This document shows, one piece after another, positions 46,127-57,391 of a stretch of 64,000 bases of DNA. Within the stretch, counting starts at the first letter, position 1; every line of letters begins with the position of its first letter. The notes under the pieces are model-generated. The model worked only from the letters and a program-made list of their open reading frames with translations, made no database searches and was not told the origin of the DNA. The position numbers and the translations under genes were made by a program. This DNA comes from a virus, in IMG/VR virus record IMGVR_UViG_3300028025_003904, positions 32,001 through 96,000 of that record; one strand, given 5' to 3'.

Positions 46127-48919
46127 TTATCCAATTAGTGTATAATAAACTCCCGAACCATATATACCCGTTGTGCAATTAACATAACTACCACTTGCAT
46201 CCAACTGAATTGTAATGTATAGGTTTGTATTATCACTTATTGATTGTGTATATGGACTACATCCAAATGAACCAGTATTAGTTTCACCAAATCTTGCTGA
46301 TAAATTACTACCTGTTGCATCGGTAGGATAATATGAAATAATTGAGCCCGATGTTATTTTCATTGAACCCATATTTACATAAGTTGAGCTAGATACGGAT
46401 GAACCGGTCATATAACTTGATGTTATATCTGCGTAAATATCGTTTGAACTCCAATATATTTTAGAATTATTATATTCCGGAGATACACTACCACTAACTC
46501 TTGCAAAGAATGTTAAAGTTCGTTGGTTTGGAGGTGATATATTTCTAATTCGTATTACCGATGTATAATTACCCCAAGTATCTACTAAATATTCTTTATT
46601 ATCCTCTGTTGGTAATCTTACTCTATGTGTTTCTTTTGTATATCCATTATTAAATGGACTTATAACTAACATCAATGCTTCTGAACCATCATCTGATAAT
46701 TTGTATGCAACTATTGGTGCTTTTAAATAAAACAAAAATACAGGATAATTCTTTTCACCGGTTAGCCACTCACCATTCCAATATGTTTCAGCTTTTATCC
46801 AAACCGTACTTGCTGCTATTATATCTTTGTGTTGTAGTACTTGCCAAAATCCAATATATAACCAATCCCAAGTACCATTACTACGAGAACGAGTTTCACC
46901 ATATGCACCAATTGTTTTGTAAAATACCTGATTTTCAGTTCCATCATATCCTAAATAATTTTGCCAATAAGCTATGGATTCTGGTTCTTCTCCTTGTGTA
47001 TATGCTTCCCAACACCAACTACCATCCGCATACGCCATTGACCAAACCGCTTGGGATTGTATAGTAGATGGTGCAGGTTGTGGACGATACATTCCATTTT
47101 TATTACCATTCCATTCAACATAAATTCTTTCAAAACCAAAATCTGATGCATCTATTGGCTCTTGAAATTGCCAAAAATAACCCATAGCTCTAGCGTTACC
47201 AGCAACAGTTGCACCAAATATATCAAATAAAAGTTTTTTAGTAATATCATAACTATGTACTAATTGATAAGCTCTCCAAGTATCCAATCCAAAGTTTTGA
47301 TAATTGGTTATATAGTGTCTATTTATAGCATCACCGGCACCAACATAGAATGAAGTAACTCTTCCTCCTAATGCAGTATAATCTACACTTCCACTTGTAT
47401 AGTAAGCATTATAATCATAATATAGAGTACCATTTCTTAATTGAGTAAGAGATTGGTTAATTCTAGCGTTATCCGAATCATTCCAGCCACCATACCAACC
47501 GGGTGCATATATACCACCGGCATAGTTACTAAATGTAGGAATAAAACCATTTTCGTTTGTATAAGCAAAGTAATTATTAGCTTGCGCGTAAACTTTACAA
47601 GCATCTATACATTTTTTAAATCCTAATCCACATAGATAACTTGAACCTCCTGCACCTGAAAAATATTCAAAATCAAATTCTCTTATACGGCTATTACCAT
47701 TTTCTTCATAGCATCCCAATAAATTATTGGCAGGAGAGTAAGCTCCCCCATTTGTACCTGAATTAATTGCCCACGTCCAATGGTATGGATTTATTTCGGA
47801 ATATTTAACACCATGTACACTATAACCGTTTGCCCAAGTATCATTATCAACTACCAAAGATTCCATCATGGCGGCGCATTTTTGAGTATCGCTTTCTACA
47901 CTAAAATTAGGGTCTCTTCCTATAATATGCCCCACTGCACCTCTAATAAAAAAATCATTATCAAATTGTAATCTATCATTTGGATTTGCAAAGGTTTCTT
48001 CATATTCTGCTCCATATGGGTATTGTGCAAATCCAGCTTTAACTAACGTTGTTACACATTTGTTTCTTCTGGTTGATATACGTCTAACTCTATTTAAAGA
48101 ACCTAATCCTGTACTTTTATAGATTAAATCTCCCAACGGAGTACCCATATCAAGAAATTCTTTTTTTGAACCTGAATTATCTATTATCGGTAATGTATCT
48201 GGTAATCTTCTAAAAAACGAAGTATATTCATAATTGTAAGATGGTATAAAATAATCAGGTCTAAATGTATAAGTTAAACTACCAGTTGTTACTACACGAT
48301 TTGGGTCAGCCGCTATATGAACGATTGCACTTGTTTGTGTTCGTTCTTGGAAGCCAGGAACTCCAGGTTGCCCTCTCCAAGTTCTACCACTATTTAGCCA
48401 ATTGCCACAAGTTATTTTTATTTCATATCCTTTCATATCGGAAAGGTCTATATTTTCTAACGAACGAGATTGATACGCATTCATATCAACTTGCCAAGCT
48501 TTATATGTGCCCGCTTCTGGTGTTTGAGTGTACCATATAGTATCGGTAAGTAATAAACTAGCAGTATCTAAAACCATTGCAGTACCACCACCATTTATAT
48601 AAGCCCAAGGGTAATTGGCTATCTTTACACCACCACTATGTATAGTATCATCTACCCAACTCGTATCCATACTACCTGTCATCACTTCCAATGGTTCAGT
48701 TGTCATTCTACCATTTGAACCCAATGTTACATAATACGATTTATAGTTAGTTGGGATTACATAATTACCGGCTGGTGCTAAAACCGATTTAGATGCATTC
48801 GTATAAAAAATAGTCCCCATCGTAAAGAAGTTATCATTAGCATATAATATGGATGAACTATGTTCTTGTGTTGGGTCTATTACTCTTGCTCTAGCTTCTG
48901 TTATATTTGCGAATGCCAT
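46127..48919 (-). CDS. Large virion-associated protein, paralog 2, with extra C-terminal domain
   Basis: Same motifs as paralog 1; last ~135 aa are homologous to the C-terminus of 51439-52809. Confidence 0.7.
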   Translation of the reverse strand: MAFANITEARARVIDPTQEHSSSILYANDNFFTMGTIFYTNASKSVLAPAGNYVIPTNYKSYYVTLGSNGRMTTEPLEVMTGSMDTSWVDDTIHSGGVKIANYPWAYINGGGTAMVLDTASLLLTDTIWYTQTPEAGTYKAWQVDMNAYQSRSLENIDLSDMKGYEIKITCGNWLNSGRTWRGQPGVPGFQERTQTSAIVHIAADPNRVVTTGSLTYTFRPDYFIPSYNYEYTSFFRRLPDTLPIIDNSGSKKEFLDMGTPLGDLIYKSTGLGSLNRVRRISTRRNKCVTTLVKAGFAQYPYGAEYEETFANPNDRLQFDNDFFIRGAVGHIIGRDPNFSVESDTQKCAAMMESLVVDNDTWANGYSVHGVKYSEINPYHWTWAINSGTNGGAYSPANNLLGCYEENGNSRIREFDFEYFSGAGGSSYLCGLGFKKCIDACKVYAQANNYFAYTNENGFIPTFSNYAGGIYAPGWYGGWNDSDNARINQSLTQLRNGTLYYDYNAYYTSGSVDYTALGGRVTSFYVGAGDAINRHYITNYQNFGLDTWRAYQLVHSYDITKKLLFDIFGATVAGNARAMGYFWQFQEPIDASDFGFERIYVEWNGNKNGMYRPQPAPSTIQSQAVWSMAYADGSWCWEAYTQGEEPESIAYWQNYLGYDGTENQVFYKTIGAYGETRSRSNGTWDWLYIGFWQVLQHKDIIAASTVWIKAETYWNGEWLTGEKNYPVFLFYLKAPIVAYKLSDDGSEALMLVISPFNNGYTKETHRVRLPTEDNKEYLVDTWGNYTSVIRIRNISPPNQRTLTFFARVSGSVSPEYNNSKIYWSSNDIYADITSSYMTGSSVSSSTYVNMGSMKITSGSIISYYPTDATGSNLSARFGETNTGSFGCSPYTQSISDNTNLYITIQLDASGSYVNCTTGIYGSGVYYTLIG

Positions 48920-48920
48920 T

Positions 48921-51434
48921 TTATAAATCTTTAATTCTTATTACCGAAGTATAATTACCCCAAGTACTTACTAATATTTCTTTGTTTGCTTTAGTTGGTA
49001 ATCTTAAACTAAAATCAGTTTTAGTGTATCCAATATTACAAGCGTTTTGAGTTATAAGAAGAGCTTCCGTTCCATCTGCGGATAATTTATATGCGGATAT
49101 TGGAGCATCTCTATTATATAGATATACTGGATTATTATACTTTCCGGTTTTCCATTCACCATTCCAATAAACTTCTGGCTTTACCCAATCAGTATTTGCT
49201 TCTATAATATCTTTATGTTGTAATACTTGGAAATAACCAATATATAACCAATCCATAGGACTATTAGCATGGTCACCAGTATCCCCGTACATAGCGTTGA
49301 TATTACCAGTTACACTACTATCTTCCAATCCATTCCAACCATAATAATTTGCCCAATATTTAAATGCATCTTTATCTTCATCTTGTCCTATTGAACCACC
49401 ATCCCACATAAATAAACCATCTGCATAAGCCATACACCAGACTGCGTATGATTGAAAAACGGATGGAGCTATATATGCCCTAGAACCTGCATTCCCACCA
49501 GTACCAGGTAAATATCCCCCATAATTTGTACCATTCCTTACATATGTTAAATCGGCACCAGCTACCGGTTCATGTCTTCTCCATAAATATCCAGCACATT
49601 GCATGGTTGAAGCCGTTGCCTCATTATAGGTTGTATCTATTACTTTCCTTGCTACATCATAATTGTAAACTAAAGAATATGTAAACCATTGTGGAGCCGC
49701 ATCGTTAAAGTAATTTGTTACAAAGCAATATTTAACATATTCACCAAAACCTTGCCATAACCCATAATCCCCAACTGCTTGGTCTATTGTCCAAGTCCCA
49801 TTTGTAACAAATTTATCATAGCGTTCAAATAATTTATAATTTTCATTTACATTTGAACCAGTAGAAAAATAAAACCAACCATCACCTACGGCTCCGTATT
49901 TGCCTCTATTATCTATTCCACCACCATAATAAGACCATTTTGGGAAACGTTCTTTATTTGGTATTTGACCAGTTGCAATTCCATATGCAACTACACTATC
50001 ATAACATCTCTTTAATGCATACCCAACATAATAATCGTTAGTTCCATTATATACCTCAAAATCTTCTTGTATGTGGTCTGCTAAATATAAATTTGCAGAT
50101 GTTGCATCATAACCACCAGGTTTTCCCAAATAAGTACATAGTTGATTTGCAGGTCCTTCGCTTTGATAAGCAGTTCCAGAGTTTATTTCAGTAGTCCAAT
50201 GGTATGGATTTACATAATTATATCTAAATCCTGAATAACTACCATTTTCCCAAGTAAAATTATCTACAATTAAAGAAATCATCATAGCCGGTATTTCCAT
50301 ACCGTTTGGCCAAGATGGAATACCAGGAACTGCTCTTTGCATTGCGTTTCTAATTGGAAAATCTCCACCAAATACAAATTTACCAATACCATCATGTTCT
50401 TCATCAAAATCAGGTTCGGTGTACCAATTGAGCTCCAAATCCATAATCTTTTTGGTTGAAACTCTACCTTTTTCAGTTATTCCTTGATTTTTCCATGTTC
50501 CTATTCTCCAATCTACATTTTTTGAATATGGGGGTGTTCCATTACTTAATGGTGTTATATCGGCAAGAGGTAGTGACATATCACTAAATAATTTTTGCTT
50601 TCCAAATTTATCTTTTATAGGAAGTACTTTTGGCATTCTTCTTATAATGGTTGATGCCTCATAGTTTTCATTTGCATACCAGTAATCTGGTTTAAATGTA
50701 TAAGTTAAACTCCCAGTTGTTACTACTCTATATGGGTCATCTGCTAAATGAATTACACCTTGAACTATACTATTTAATGTATATCCGGGTGATGTATCTG
50801 GAGTACCACTTAAATTTTCGTTTCTATTACTACCAGTATGGTATTCACCATTTATTACACGAAGGTCATATCCCTTCATATCTGTAATATCTATGGATTT
50901 TAATGAACGAGATACAAATGCATTATTACCAGAACCACCTGCTGAATGTAATTTTCCATTTTCTATTACAAATGATTTAAATGCACCATTTGCATCCGGT
51001 CTTACATATGTTGTATCCCAATAATCATCTGTTACATAAATTCTACCTTGTGCGGATTGTGATAATGATAATTTCATCCCACACCATTGAAAATAACTAT
51101 CAGTACTGGGAACGTATCTAGAACAAGTTAAATCCATTTTAGCTGAACCACTATATCCCGTACAATCTGCCCAATTTGTATCAAAACTACCAGTCATCAA
51201 TTCCAATGGTTGTGTTGTAAATCTTCCATTAGAACCCAATGTTGCATAGTATGTTTTAAAATTTGTAGGAATTACATAATTACCAGCAGGTGCTAAAACA
51301 GATTTAGATGCATCTGTATAAAATGTTGTACCTAATGTAAAAAAATTATCACTAGCATAAAGTATAGAGCCACTATTATCTAATCTAGGATTAGTAATCC
51401 TGTCTTTTGCTTGAATGTACGATGAATACCCCAT
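48921..51434 (-). CDS. Large virion-associated protein, paralog 3
   Basis: Same N-domain and IQEDFE, WCMAYADG, WGNYTSVIRI motifs. Confidence 0.7.
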   Translation of the reverse strand: MGYSSYIQAKDRITNPRLDNSGSILYASDNFFTLGTTFYTDASKSVLAPAGNYVIPTNFKTYYATLGSNGRFTTQPLELMTGSFDTNWADCTGYSGSAKMDLTCSRYVPSTDSYFQWCGMKLSLSQSAQGRIYVTDDYWDTTYVRPDANGAFKSFVIENGKLHSAGGSGNNAFVSRSLKSIDITDMKGYDLRVINGEYHTGSNRNENLSGTPDTSPGYTLNSIVQGVIHLADDPYRVVTTGSLTYTFKPDYWYANENYEASTIIRRMPKVLPIKDKFGKQKLFSDMSLPLADITPLSNGTPPYSKNVDWRIGTWKNQGITEKGRVSTKKIMDLELNWYTEPDFDEEHDGIGKFVFGGDFPIRNAMQRAVPGIPSWPNGMEIPAMMISLIVDNFTWENGSYSGFRYNYVNPYHWTTEINSGTAYQSEGPANQLCTYLGKPGGYDATSANLYLADHIQEDFEVYNGTNDYYVGYALKRCYDSVVAYGIATGQIPNKERFPKWSYYGGGIDNRGKYGAVGDGWFYFSTGSNVNENYKLFERYDKFVTNGTWTIDQAVGDYGLWQGFGEYVKYCFVTNYFNDAAPQWFTYSLVYNYDVARKVIDTTYNEATASTMQCAGYLWRRHEPVAGADLTYVRNGTNYGGYLPGTGGNAGSRAYIAPSVFQSYAVWCMAYADGLFMWDGGSIGQDEDKDAFKYWANYYGWNGLEDSSVTGNINAMYGDTGDHANSPMDWLYIGYFQVLQHKDIIEANTDWVKPEVYWNGEWKTGKYNNPVYLYNRDAPISAYKLSADGTEALLITQNACNIGYTKTDFSLRLPTKANKEILVSTWGNYTSVIRIKDL

Positions 51435-51438
51435 ATTA

Positions 51439-52809
51439 TTAAATTCCGGTTAATGTGTAGTATATACCAGGACCAAATGAATCGGCGCAACTTACATAAT
51501 TACCACCACCATCTGTTTGAATTGTTACATATACATCTATATCAGAACCAACAATTGAATTAGCTGCGCCACATAGGAATGAACCCGTACAATTTTGTGT
51601 ATAACATGCTGATATATTAGTACCAACATTATCCGTTGCAAAGTATGATATGGTTGAACCAGTTGTTAAAGTTACAACTCCCATATTTACATAAGTAGAT
51701 GAAGATACAGCCGATGCGGTTAGATACCCATTTGTAGTGGTTGCGAATATATCATTATTTGTATTCCAATATATTTTAGCATTCGTGTTAGTAGGCGATA
51801 CACTACCACTAACTCTTGCGTAAAATGTAACGGTTTGTTGTGCAGATTGTACAGGAGAACTCAATGTAAATCCAAAGTTTGTATTACCCAATGGTGATTC
51901 AACAATTACAATTGAACCAGTTACCGTTGATAATTTATTAAAACTTGCACTTCCAGCTGCCGAACCTGATATTCCATTTATTTTACCACGTCTTTTTAGA
52001 GCTCTGTTATGAATAGTACTACCTCTAAATCCAGTATCAATTACATTAGAACCAGAGTATTGAACTATAAATCTATCAGGTAATTCACCCGAATCATAAG
52101 TAAGTGTAACTGCACCAAATGTTGTTCCTAAATCTACTGAATATGAATATGAACCAGTTACTCCGCCCAAATATTTAACCTCTGCAACATCTGCTGCTAA
52201 TGTAGTTAAAGAACCAGTTGCTGGTAAATTATATTGAGATGTATATGTATAAAAATCGTTTGGAGCATCTTCGTAAAAATAATATGCTTCGGGTATTGGA
52301 AAGGTTGTCCTATCAGGCCCAGCCAATCCACCATATGCAGATGAAATAAACGCAAAACAAGGACACAATTCACCATAAGATGCACTATATAATACTAAAT
52401 TTCCATTTATTATCATTTCAGCACCACGTGGTAAGAATGCATCTACACTTGATGAGTAAGCAGCTGCTACGGATGCATATCCAACACCCTGTTGTTGTTG
52501 GACCATCCACCATTGGTCGTGAAATCTTCTTGCTTTGAATGGTACATTTGGTCCTAATACAGGCCAATAACCCAACACTAACCCATCATATAATCTACCA
52601 CAATTTGCAGATGCGGATGTATCATTGTATCCACCAAACTCACCAATAGTTACTGGATAAGTATCGTTTATCTCCGGTGCTCCGGTTAGATTGACATTCT
52701 TATATACATCATTTTGAGCTGCAGTTAATGAAAACGAACTAGCTGTCAATGACATTTCTGTCCGTATGTCCCCTAATGATATTTTTGAACCTGATGATGG
52801 TAAAGGCAT
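51439..52809 (-). CDS. Putative fibre-tip/adhesin protein
   Basis: MPLPSSG..ISL.DIRTE N-terminal anchor shared with 60865-61815; S/T-G-S rich. Confidence 0.6.
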   Translation of the reverse strand: MPLPSSGSKISLGDIRTEMSLTASSFSLTAAQNDVYKNVNLTGAPEINDTYPVTIGEFGGYNDTSASANCGRLYDGLVLGYWPVLGPNVPFKARRFHDQWWMVQQQQGVGYASVAAAYSSSVDAFLPRGAEMIINGNLVLYSASYGELCPCFAFISSAYGGLAGPDRTTFPIPEAYYFYEDAPNDFYTYTSQYNLPATGSLTTLAADVAEVKYLGGVTGSYSYSVDLGTTFGAVTLTYDSGELPDRFIVQYSGSNVIDTGFRGSTIHNRALKRRGKINGISGSAAGSASFNKLSTVTGSIVIVESPLGNTNFGFTLSSPVQSAQQTVTFYARVSGSVSPTNTNAKIYWNTNNDIFATTTNGYLTASAVSSSTYVNMGVVTLTTGSTISYFATDNVGTNISACYTQNCTGSFLCGAANSIVGSDIDVYVTIQTDGGGNYVSCADSFGPGIYYTLTGI

Positions 52810-52840
52810 ATATAAAAGTATTATTCAACTAATATAAATA

Positions 52841-54934
52841 TCAGTCTAATACCTTTTTCAACATTTTAATTACCTCCGTGTATTCGATTGATTTAGAACA
52901 CTCAAATTGTCTTTCAGTACCTTTGTGGTCTGGACACCAATTCCAATCACCAGGGTCCAAACGATAGCGGTTAAAACAACCACTACATTTAGTTTTCGGT
53001 GCAGTTATTCTATATGTATCTAATCCAGTTTCTGCAAATCCTTCGGAGAATCCTGATATTAGTATGGTTGGTGTTTTGGTAGCCCAACTTACCCAACTCA
53101 ATCCACTACCAATTCCTATGAATGCCTCACTCTTTTGTAGTTCTTCTATTACATTATCTATTGGTCCATTTGGTAGTTGAGTAATTCCAGTTGGATGATT
53201 ATTTCCCATATACCCATCCCCCTCTCTACTTAAAAGAACAACTTTATATCCGTTATTATTTAACCAATCTACTACTTTTTGCCAACCACCATCGTTGTTC
53301 CAATACTTTGATTGAGCAGTTCCATGTATTGCAATTGCTACTTGCTTTTCACGTTTTATTTCTGAATTTAGCTTTAGTAATGGTCTAACCTCTTTGTATT
53401 CTAATCCCAATATATCAGTTGCAGTTTTTTGTAAAGGATGTTGTTTGAAATCATTTGGAACTCTTGCAAAATCTACTTCTGAACTTATATCATCTTTATA
53501 GTACCAACCTATACGATACATAGTATATAAATTAGGTGCAGTTTCTCCCGGCTCTATGAATTGTAATTGTGGATATTGTTCTTTAAAAAACTGATTATGG
53601 AATGTAGATACTATTACATCGCAATTCCATTTTTTACGGAACTCTTCTGCTATTGGAAACCAAGCTAATGTATCACCCAATGATTTAGACTCTAATGCAA
53701 TATAAACTCTTTTACCAGTTGCATCATAATCATGCTCATAAACTAATACATTATCCTTATATACTTCAATTTTCCAATTTATAAAATACTTTTTACCAGC
53801 TTTTGCCCAATGTCCATCTTTTAATTGAGTAATAAATTCTAAAACATTAGTATCTTTGTTTATAAATTTAACTTCGTATTCATCGGTTGTTGGTGATTTT
53901 ACATCCAAATAAGGACCATCTACAAAATTTACATCAAATGTAGGTTTTAATAAATTTGGTCTTTTAATTAAATTATTGTAAATCACCTTTTCTGGTTTTA
54001 ATTCTTTTACTATATTTTCTAAATTCACTTTTTGATTATCACTTATGTATGTTGCTACACCATCGTAGTAATTTTCGTAAGTGTGTAGTTTTTTAAGAAA
54101 CAAAGGTAACCTATATGATAATGCTTCTTTAACTGCAAGTGGATTTAGTTCCCACTTTGATGGAAAATAAAATAAATCAGCCCCTTTGTAGAACTTTTCA
54201 GTATCACTTTGCTCTCCCCAAATTATACAATTATCAGGTTTGTTTTCCATCAATGGTCCCCAATAGAATTGGAAGTTACCAGCTTGATTTCCTACAAAAT
54301 GAAACTTTACTTTATAGTTTTCTTTTTCACATAACCTTGCTAACTCAAATATATCACCTTGATTTTTACCATCTGTAAATAAACCAACGTGAAGAATGTG
54401 TTTGTATTCTTTATCAAATCCTACAACTTTCTTTGCTTCATCTTTATCACCATCCCAATACTCAATTGGATATTCCCAAATATCACAATCAATGTGAGTA
54501 AAGTATTTGGCAAATTTCTTTCTACTCCATTCACTTACTAATACAAATTTATCAGCCGTATAAAGTAAATCTTTTGGTTCTGTATAAGATGAATGAGTTG
54601 TTATTACTATGTTGTAATTTCTACCATTATCAAAAATCTCATTTAGATATTGTTTATCTACAAAGGTTTCTGGTATCTCTTGGAAATGAATAATATGTGG
54701 TTGCTCTTTACGAACAATACCAACAACATCACTTTTATGTTCTCCAATTGTTATTACCTCACATAGTTCTTTTATTTTGTTTCGTTGAACTACAAAGTCC
54801 ATAGATACACAATTATATTCTACAACAACTATGTTAAACTCATCCTTAAATGATTGGATTTGTTTTAATAGGTATTGAGGCATACCACCCGTTGAAAGGT
54901 GAGGAACTATATATAATAACTTTTTCTTATCCAT
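52841..54934 (-). CDS. GT4-like glycosyltransferase fused to an AAH/TibC-like protein O-glycosyltransferase domain
   Basis: PHLSTGGMPQY and FPSKWE.NPL..KEA (GT-B); SLGDTLAW, FIGIGSGLSWVSW, ISGFS and C..C...WCP.HK...FECSKSI iron-finger-like Cys motif. Confidence 0.8.
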   Translation of the reverse strand: MDKKKLLYIVPHLSTGGMPQYLLKQIQSFKDEFNIVVVEYNCVSMDFVVQRNKIKELCEVITIGEHKSDVVGIVRKEQPHIIHFQEIPETFVDKQYLNEIFDNGRNYNIVITTHSSYTEPKDLLYTADKFVLVSEWSRKKFAKYFTHIDCDIWEYPIEYWDGDKDEAKKVVGFDKEYKHILHVGLFTDGKNQGDIFELARLCEKENYKVKFHFVGNQAGNFQFYWGPLMENKPDNCIIWGEQSDTEKFYKGADLFYFPSKWELNPLAVKEALSYRLPLFLKKLHTYENYYDGVATYISDNQKVNLENIVKELKPEKVIYNNLIKRPNLLKPTFDVNFVDGPYLDVKSPTTDEYEVKFINKDTNVLEFITQLKDGHWAKAGKKYFINWKIEVYKDNVLVYEHDYDATGKRVYIALESKSLGDTLAWFPIAEEFRKKWNCDVIVSTFHNQFFKEQYPQLQFIEPGETAPNLYTMYRIGWYYKDDISSEVDFARVPNDFKQHPLQKTATDILGLEYKEVRPLLKLNSEIKREKQVAIAIHGTAQSKYWNNDGGWQKVVDWLNNNGYKVVLLSREGDGYMGNNHPTGITQLPNGPIDNVIEELQKSEAFIGIGSGLSWVSWATKTPTILISGFSEGFAETGLDTYRITAPKTKCSGCFNRYRLDPGDWNWCPDHKGTERQFECSKSIEYTEVIKMLKKVLD

Positions 54935-55571
54935 TTTGTAAATTTCGTATTACCTCATCAAAATATGGTAATTCTATTTGTATTTCATCGTTGTAATCTT
55001 TACTTGTCAAACTCAATTCACCTAATGCTTTTAGATTATCTATAATGTATATTGGTCTTTTGTTTTTATCTCTGTTCCACCAATACAATAAATCATCTCC
55101 AAAGAATATGCGTAATCTTTCATCTATTTTTATATAGTTTTCTTTACGAATAAACATCATACAACCAAATCCTAAATACCTACATTCCGCTTCTTTAAAT
55201 TCAAATACATCTACATTTGTATTAAACGATGTACCTAAATTTCTATTCGAATCAAAACCAATTATTCCAAAATCTAAATTGTTTATTGCTTCTAAATTGT
55301 GTTTTATTGTTTGAAAATTGATTTCTATATCATCATTTAATAAACAAACAATATTATTTTTAGCAAGTTCAACGCCGATATTCCAAGCTTTATTTACAAA
55401 TAAATTTTCTTTTGGGATTAAAATTGTTAGTTCTGGGTCTAAATAGCAACCATGTGAATTATCAATTAAAATAAATTCAGCATTTGGAATGTTTGCTCGT
55501 TTGTAATCATCAATGATATTACATAATCGTTTTGCATCTTTCCACATTGTGGGTACTATAAAACTTATCAT
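54927..55571 (-). CDS. GT2-family glycosyltransferase
   Basis: FIVPT, LIDN, AWNIG, LLNDD and FFGDD motifs. Confidence 0.8.
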   Translation of the reverse strand: MISFIVPTMWKDAKRLCNIIDDYKRANIPNAEFILIDNSHGCYLDPELTILIPKENLFVNKAWNIGVELAKNNIVCLLNDDIEINFQTIKHNLEAINNLDFGIIGFDSNRNLGTSFNTNVDVFEFKEAECRYLGFGCMMFIRKENYIKIDERLRIFFGDDLLYWWNRDKNKRPIYIIDNLKALGELSLTSKDYNDEIQIELPYFDEVIRNLQNG

Positions 55572-57391
55572 ATTTTAAATGTTTTGTTTGCGTTATTTTC
55601 ATTTTTACCAAATCTAGATACAACATCTATTGGATTATTTGGATTTTCTTTATAGCAATAATCATCTAATCCCAATTCTTCAAATCGTTTAGCAATTCTT
55701 TCGTTGTAATGATACATAATGGTTCTTACTCTTCTTTGAATATCTGCTCTACTTAAATCATGTGTGTTTCTACCAGTTGTATTATTATAGATAAACTGAA
55801 TATAACACATTCTAGGTATTCGCATCATTAGTGTTCCCAAAAATGTTCTTACTAATAATTCATAATCATCTGCGATTGCTAAATCTCTGTTATGTCCACC
55901 AATTTGGAAATAGGTTTCTCTTCTCCAAGCTCTAATATGATTTGGAACACCTACAATATGACGAATTGTTTTTGGATTTATATTTGGTGCAATGCAAGAA
56001 TCAAATTTTATCCCACCTACATCAACACTTTCATATTTACCATAACCAAATGCAAACCCATTAGGATAGTGTAGTGAAGTCCAATTCTCATCACATTCAG
56101 CATTATCGGTATAAAAGAAACCAATTTCCGGGTGAGTTTGTGATGCGGAAAAAAGATAATCAGTACAATCAGTAGTAAGGTAGTCATCGTGGTCTAATTC
56201 TGCTAATAAATATCCTCTACACAAAGTTGCGGCTCTATATTTACTTTCACCAATTATACCGCCACTCTTTTCTCTAAAATCATATACCTTAACTCTTGCA
56301 TCGTTTTTAGCAATTTCTTCTGCAATTTTAAGTGTTTTACCACCATCTGTTGAATCATTTACCAATACCCATTCCCAATTAGTATAAGTTTGGTTTTGTA
56401 AAGATTGATATGTTTTTAATAATTTTTCACCAGTATTATATATTGGAGTAAAATACGAAATCAATTGTGAAACATCGTTTTTTAAAATGTTTTCCATAGC
56501 ACAATGATATGCATGCTCACCGGTATTTCCATCAATGGTAGGAATAGTAATCCATTTATTACGAATTTGTAAGGGTTGATTTGCTAAATTTGGAAAATTT
56601 CTCCAATCGTCTGAAATGGTTACAATAGAATCTGGCTTTAACGATACAATTGTTTTTTCAATATCTACATCATTTTGCAATTGTAATGTAATTAAACTAT
56701 CATCTTCGTAATCACCTATTTTGTACGATTTTAGTTGTACTTGTTCTCCTTTATTTATAAGTAAAACTTTTGGAACTTTTGCAGTTGGTGTAGTTTCTAA
56801 CTGATTGTAATAAGAAAGTTCTTTTGGAATGTAACTAAACCATTGTGGATTTTCTGCATAGATTTTATCTATTAAAATACCATCACCTGCGTAATCTCCT
56901 GTGAAACTATACTCATTAAATACACTATGGTGAAAAATTAGTTGGGCAATATCCACACCCTGATATTTCATATTTTCAGGTTTAGCTTCTCTTACATCTA
57001 AACCAGTAAAATCTTTACCATCCACATATTGATTTACAACAAATATTCTTTGCGTTCCATCACTTGCTTCAATTGCATTTGTAACCTCCGAAAAAAATTC
57101 GTGATGAACTACATTATCATCATCTACTATTACAACAAAACCATCATCAAATGTTTTTGCTAAATCACTCATTTGTGGATACAAATAATCCGTACCATTA
57201 CTACTTACAAAATGTAATTTAATTTTTGGTGTATCTAATTTATTTAATAATTCTGCGGATATATCTTTTAATCTCGTAGTATCAAATAAAATATGCCATT
57301 GAATATCTCCGTTATAATTATCAAATATAGATACTCTTACTTTATCTAAATTATTTACTCTACTGCAACGTGTTATTATGTTAAATTTCAT
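55568..57391 (-). CDS. Two-domain GT2-family glycosyltransferase
   Basis: VDDDN in the N-domain; TPIYN, LQNQTY, VNDSTD, ELDHDD and ADDYEL in the C-domain. Confidence 0.85.
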   Translation of the reverse strand: MKFNIITRCSRVNNLDKVRVSIFDNYNGDIQWHILFDTTRLKDISAELLNKLDTPKIKLHFVSSNGTDYLYPQMSDLAKTFDDGFVVIVDDDNVVHHEFFSEVTNAIEASDGTQRIFVVNQYVDGKDFTGLDVREAKPENMKYQGVDIAQLIFHHSVFNEYSFTGDYAGDGILIDKIYAENPQWFSYIPKELSYYNQLETTPTAKVPKVLLINKGEQVQLKSYKIGDYEDDSLITLQLQNDVDIEKTIVSLKPDSIVTISDDWRNFPNLANQPLQIRNKWITIPTIDGNTGEHAYHCAMENILKNDVSQLISYFTPIYNTGEKLLKTYQSLQNQTYTNWEWVLVNDSTDGGKTLKIAEEIAKNDARVKVYDFREKSGGIIGESKYRAATLCRGYLLAELDHDDYLTTDCTDYLFSASQTHPEIGFFYTDNAECDENWTSLHYPNGFAFGYGKYESVDVGGIKFDSCIAPNINPKTIRHIVGVPNHIRAWRRETYFQIGGHNRDLAIADDYELLVRTFLGTLMMRIPRMCYIQFIYNNTTGRNTHDLSRADIQRRVRTIMYHYNERIAKRFEELGLDDYCYKENPNNPIDVVSRFGKNENNANKTFKI

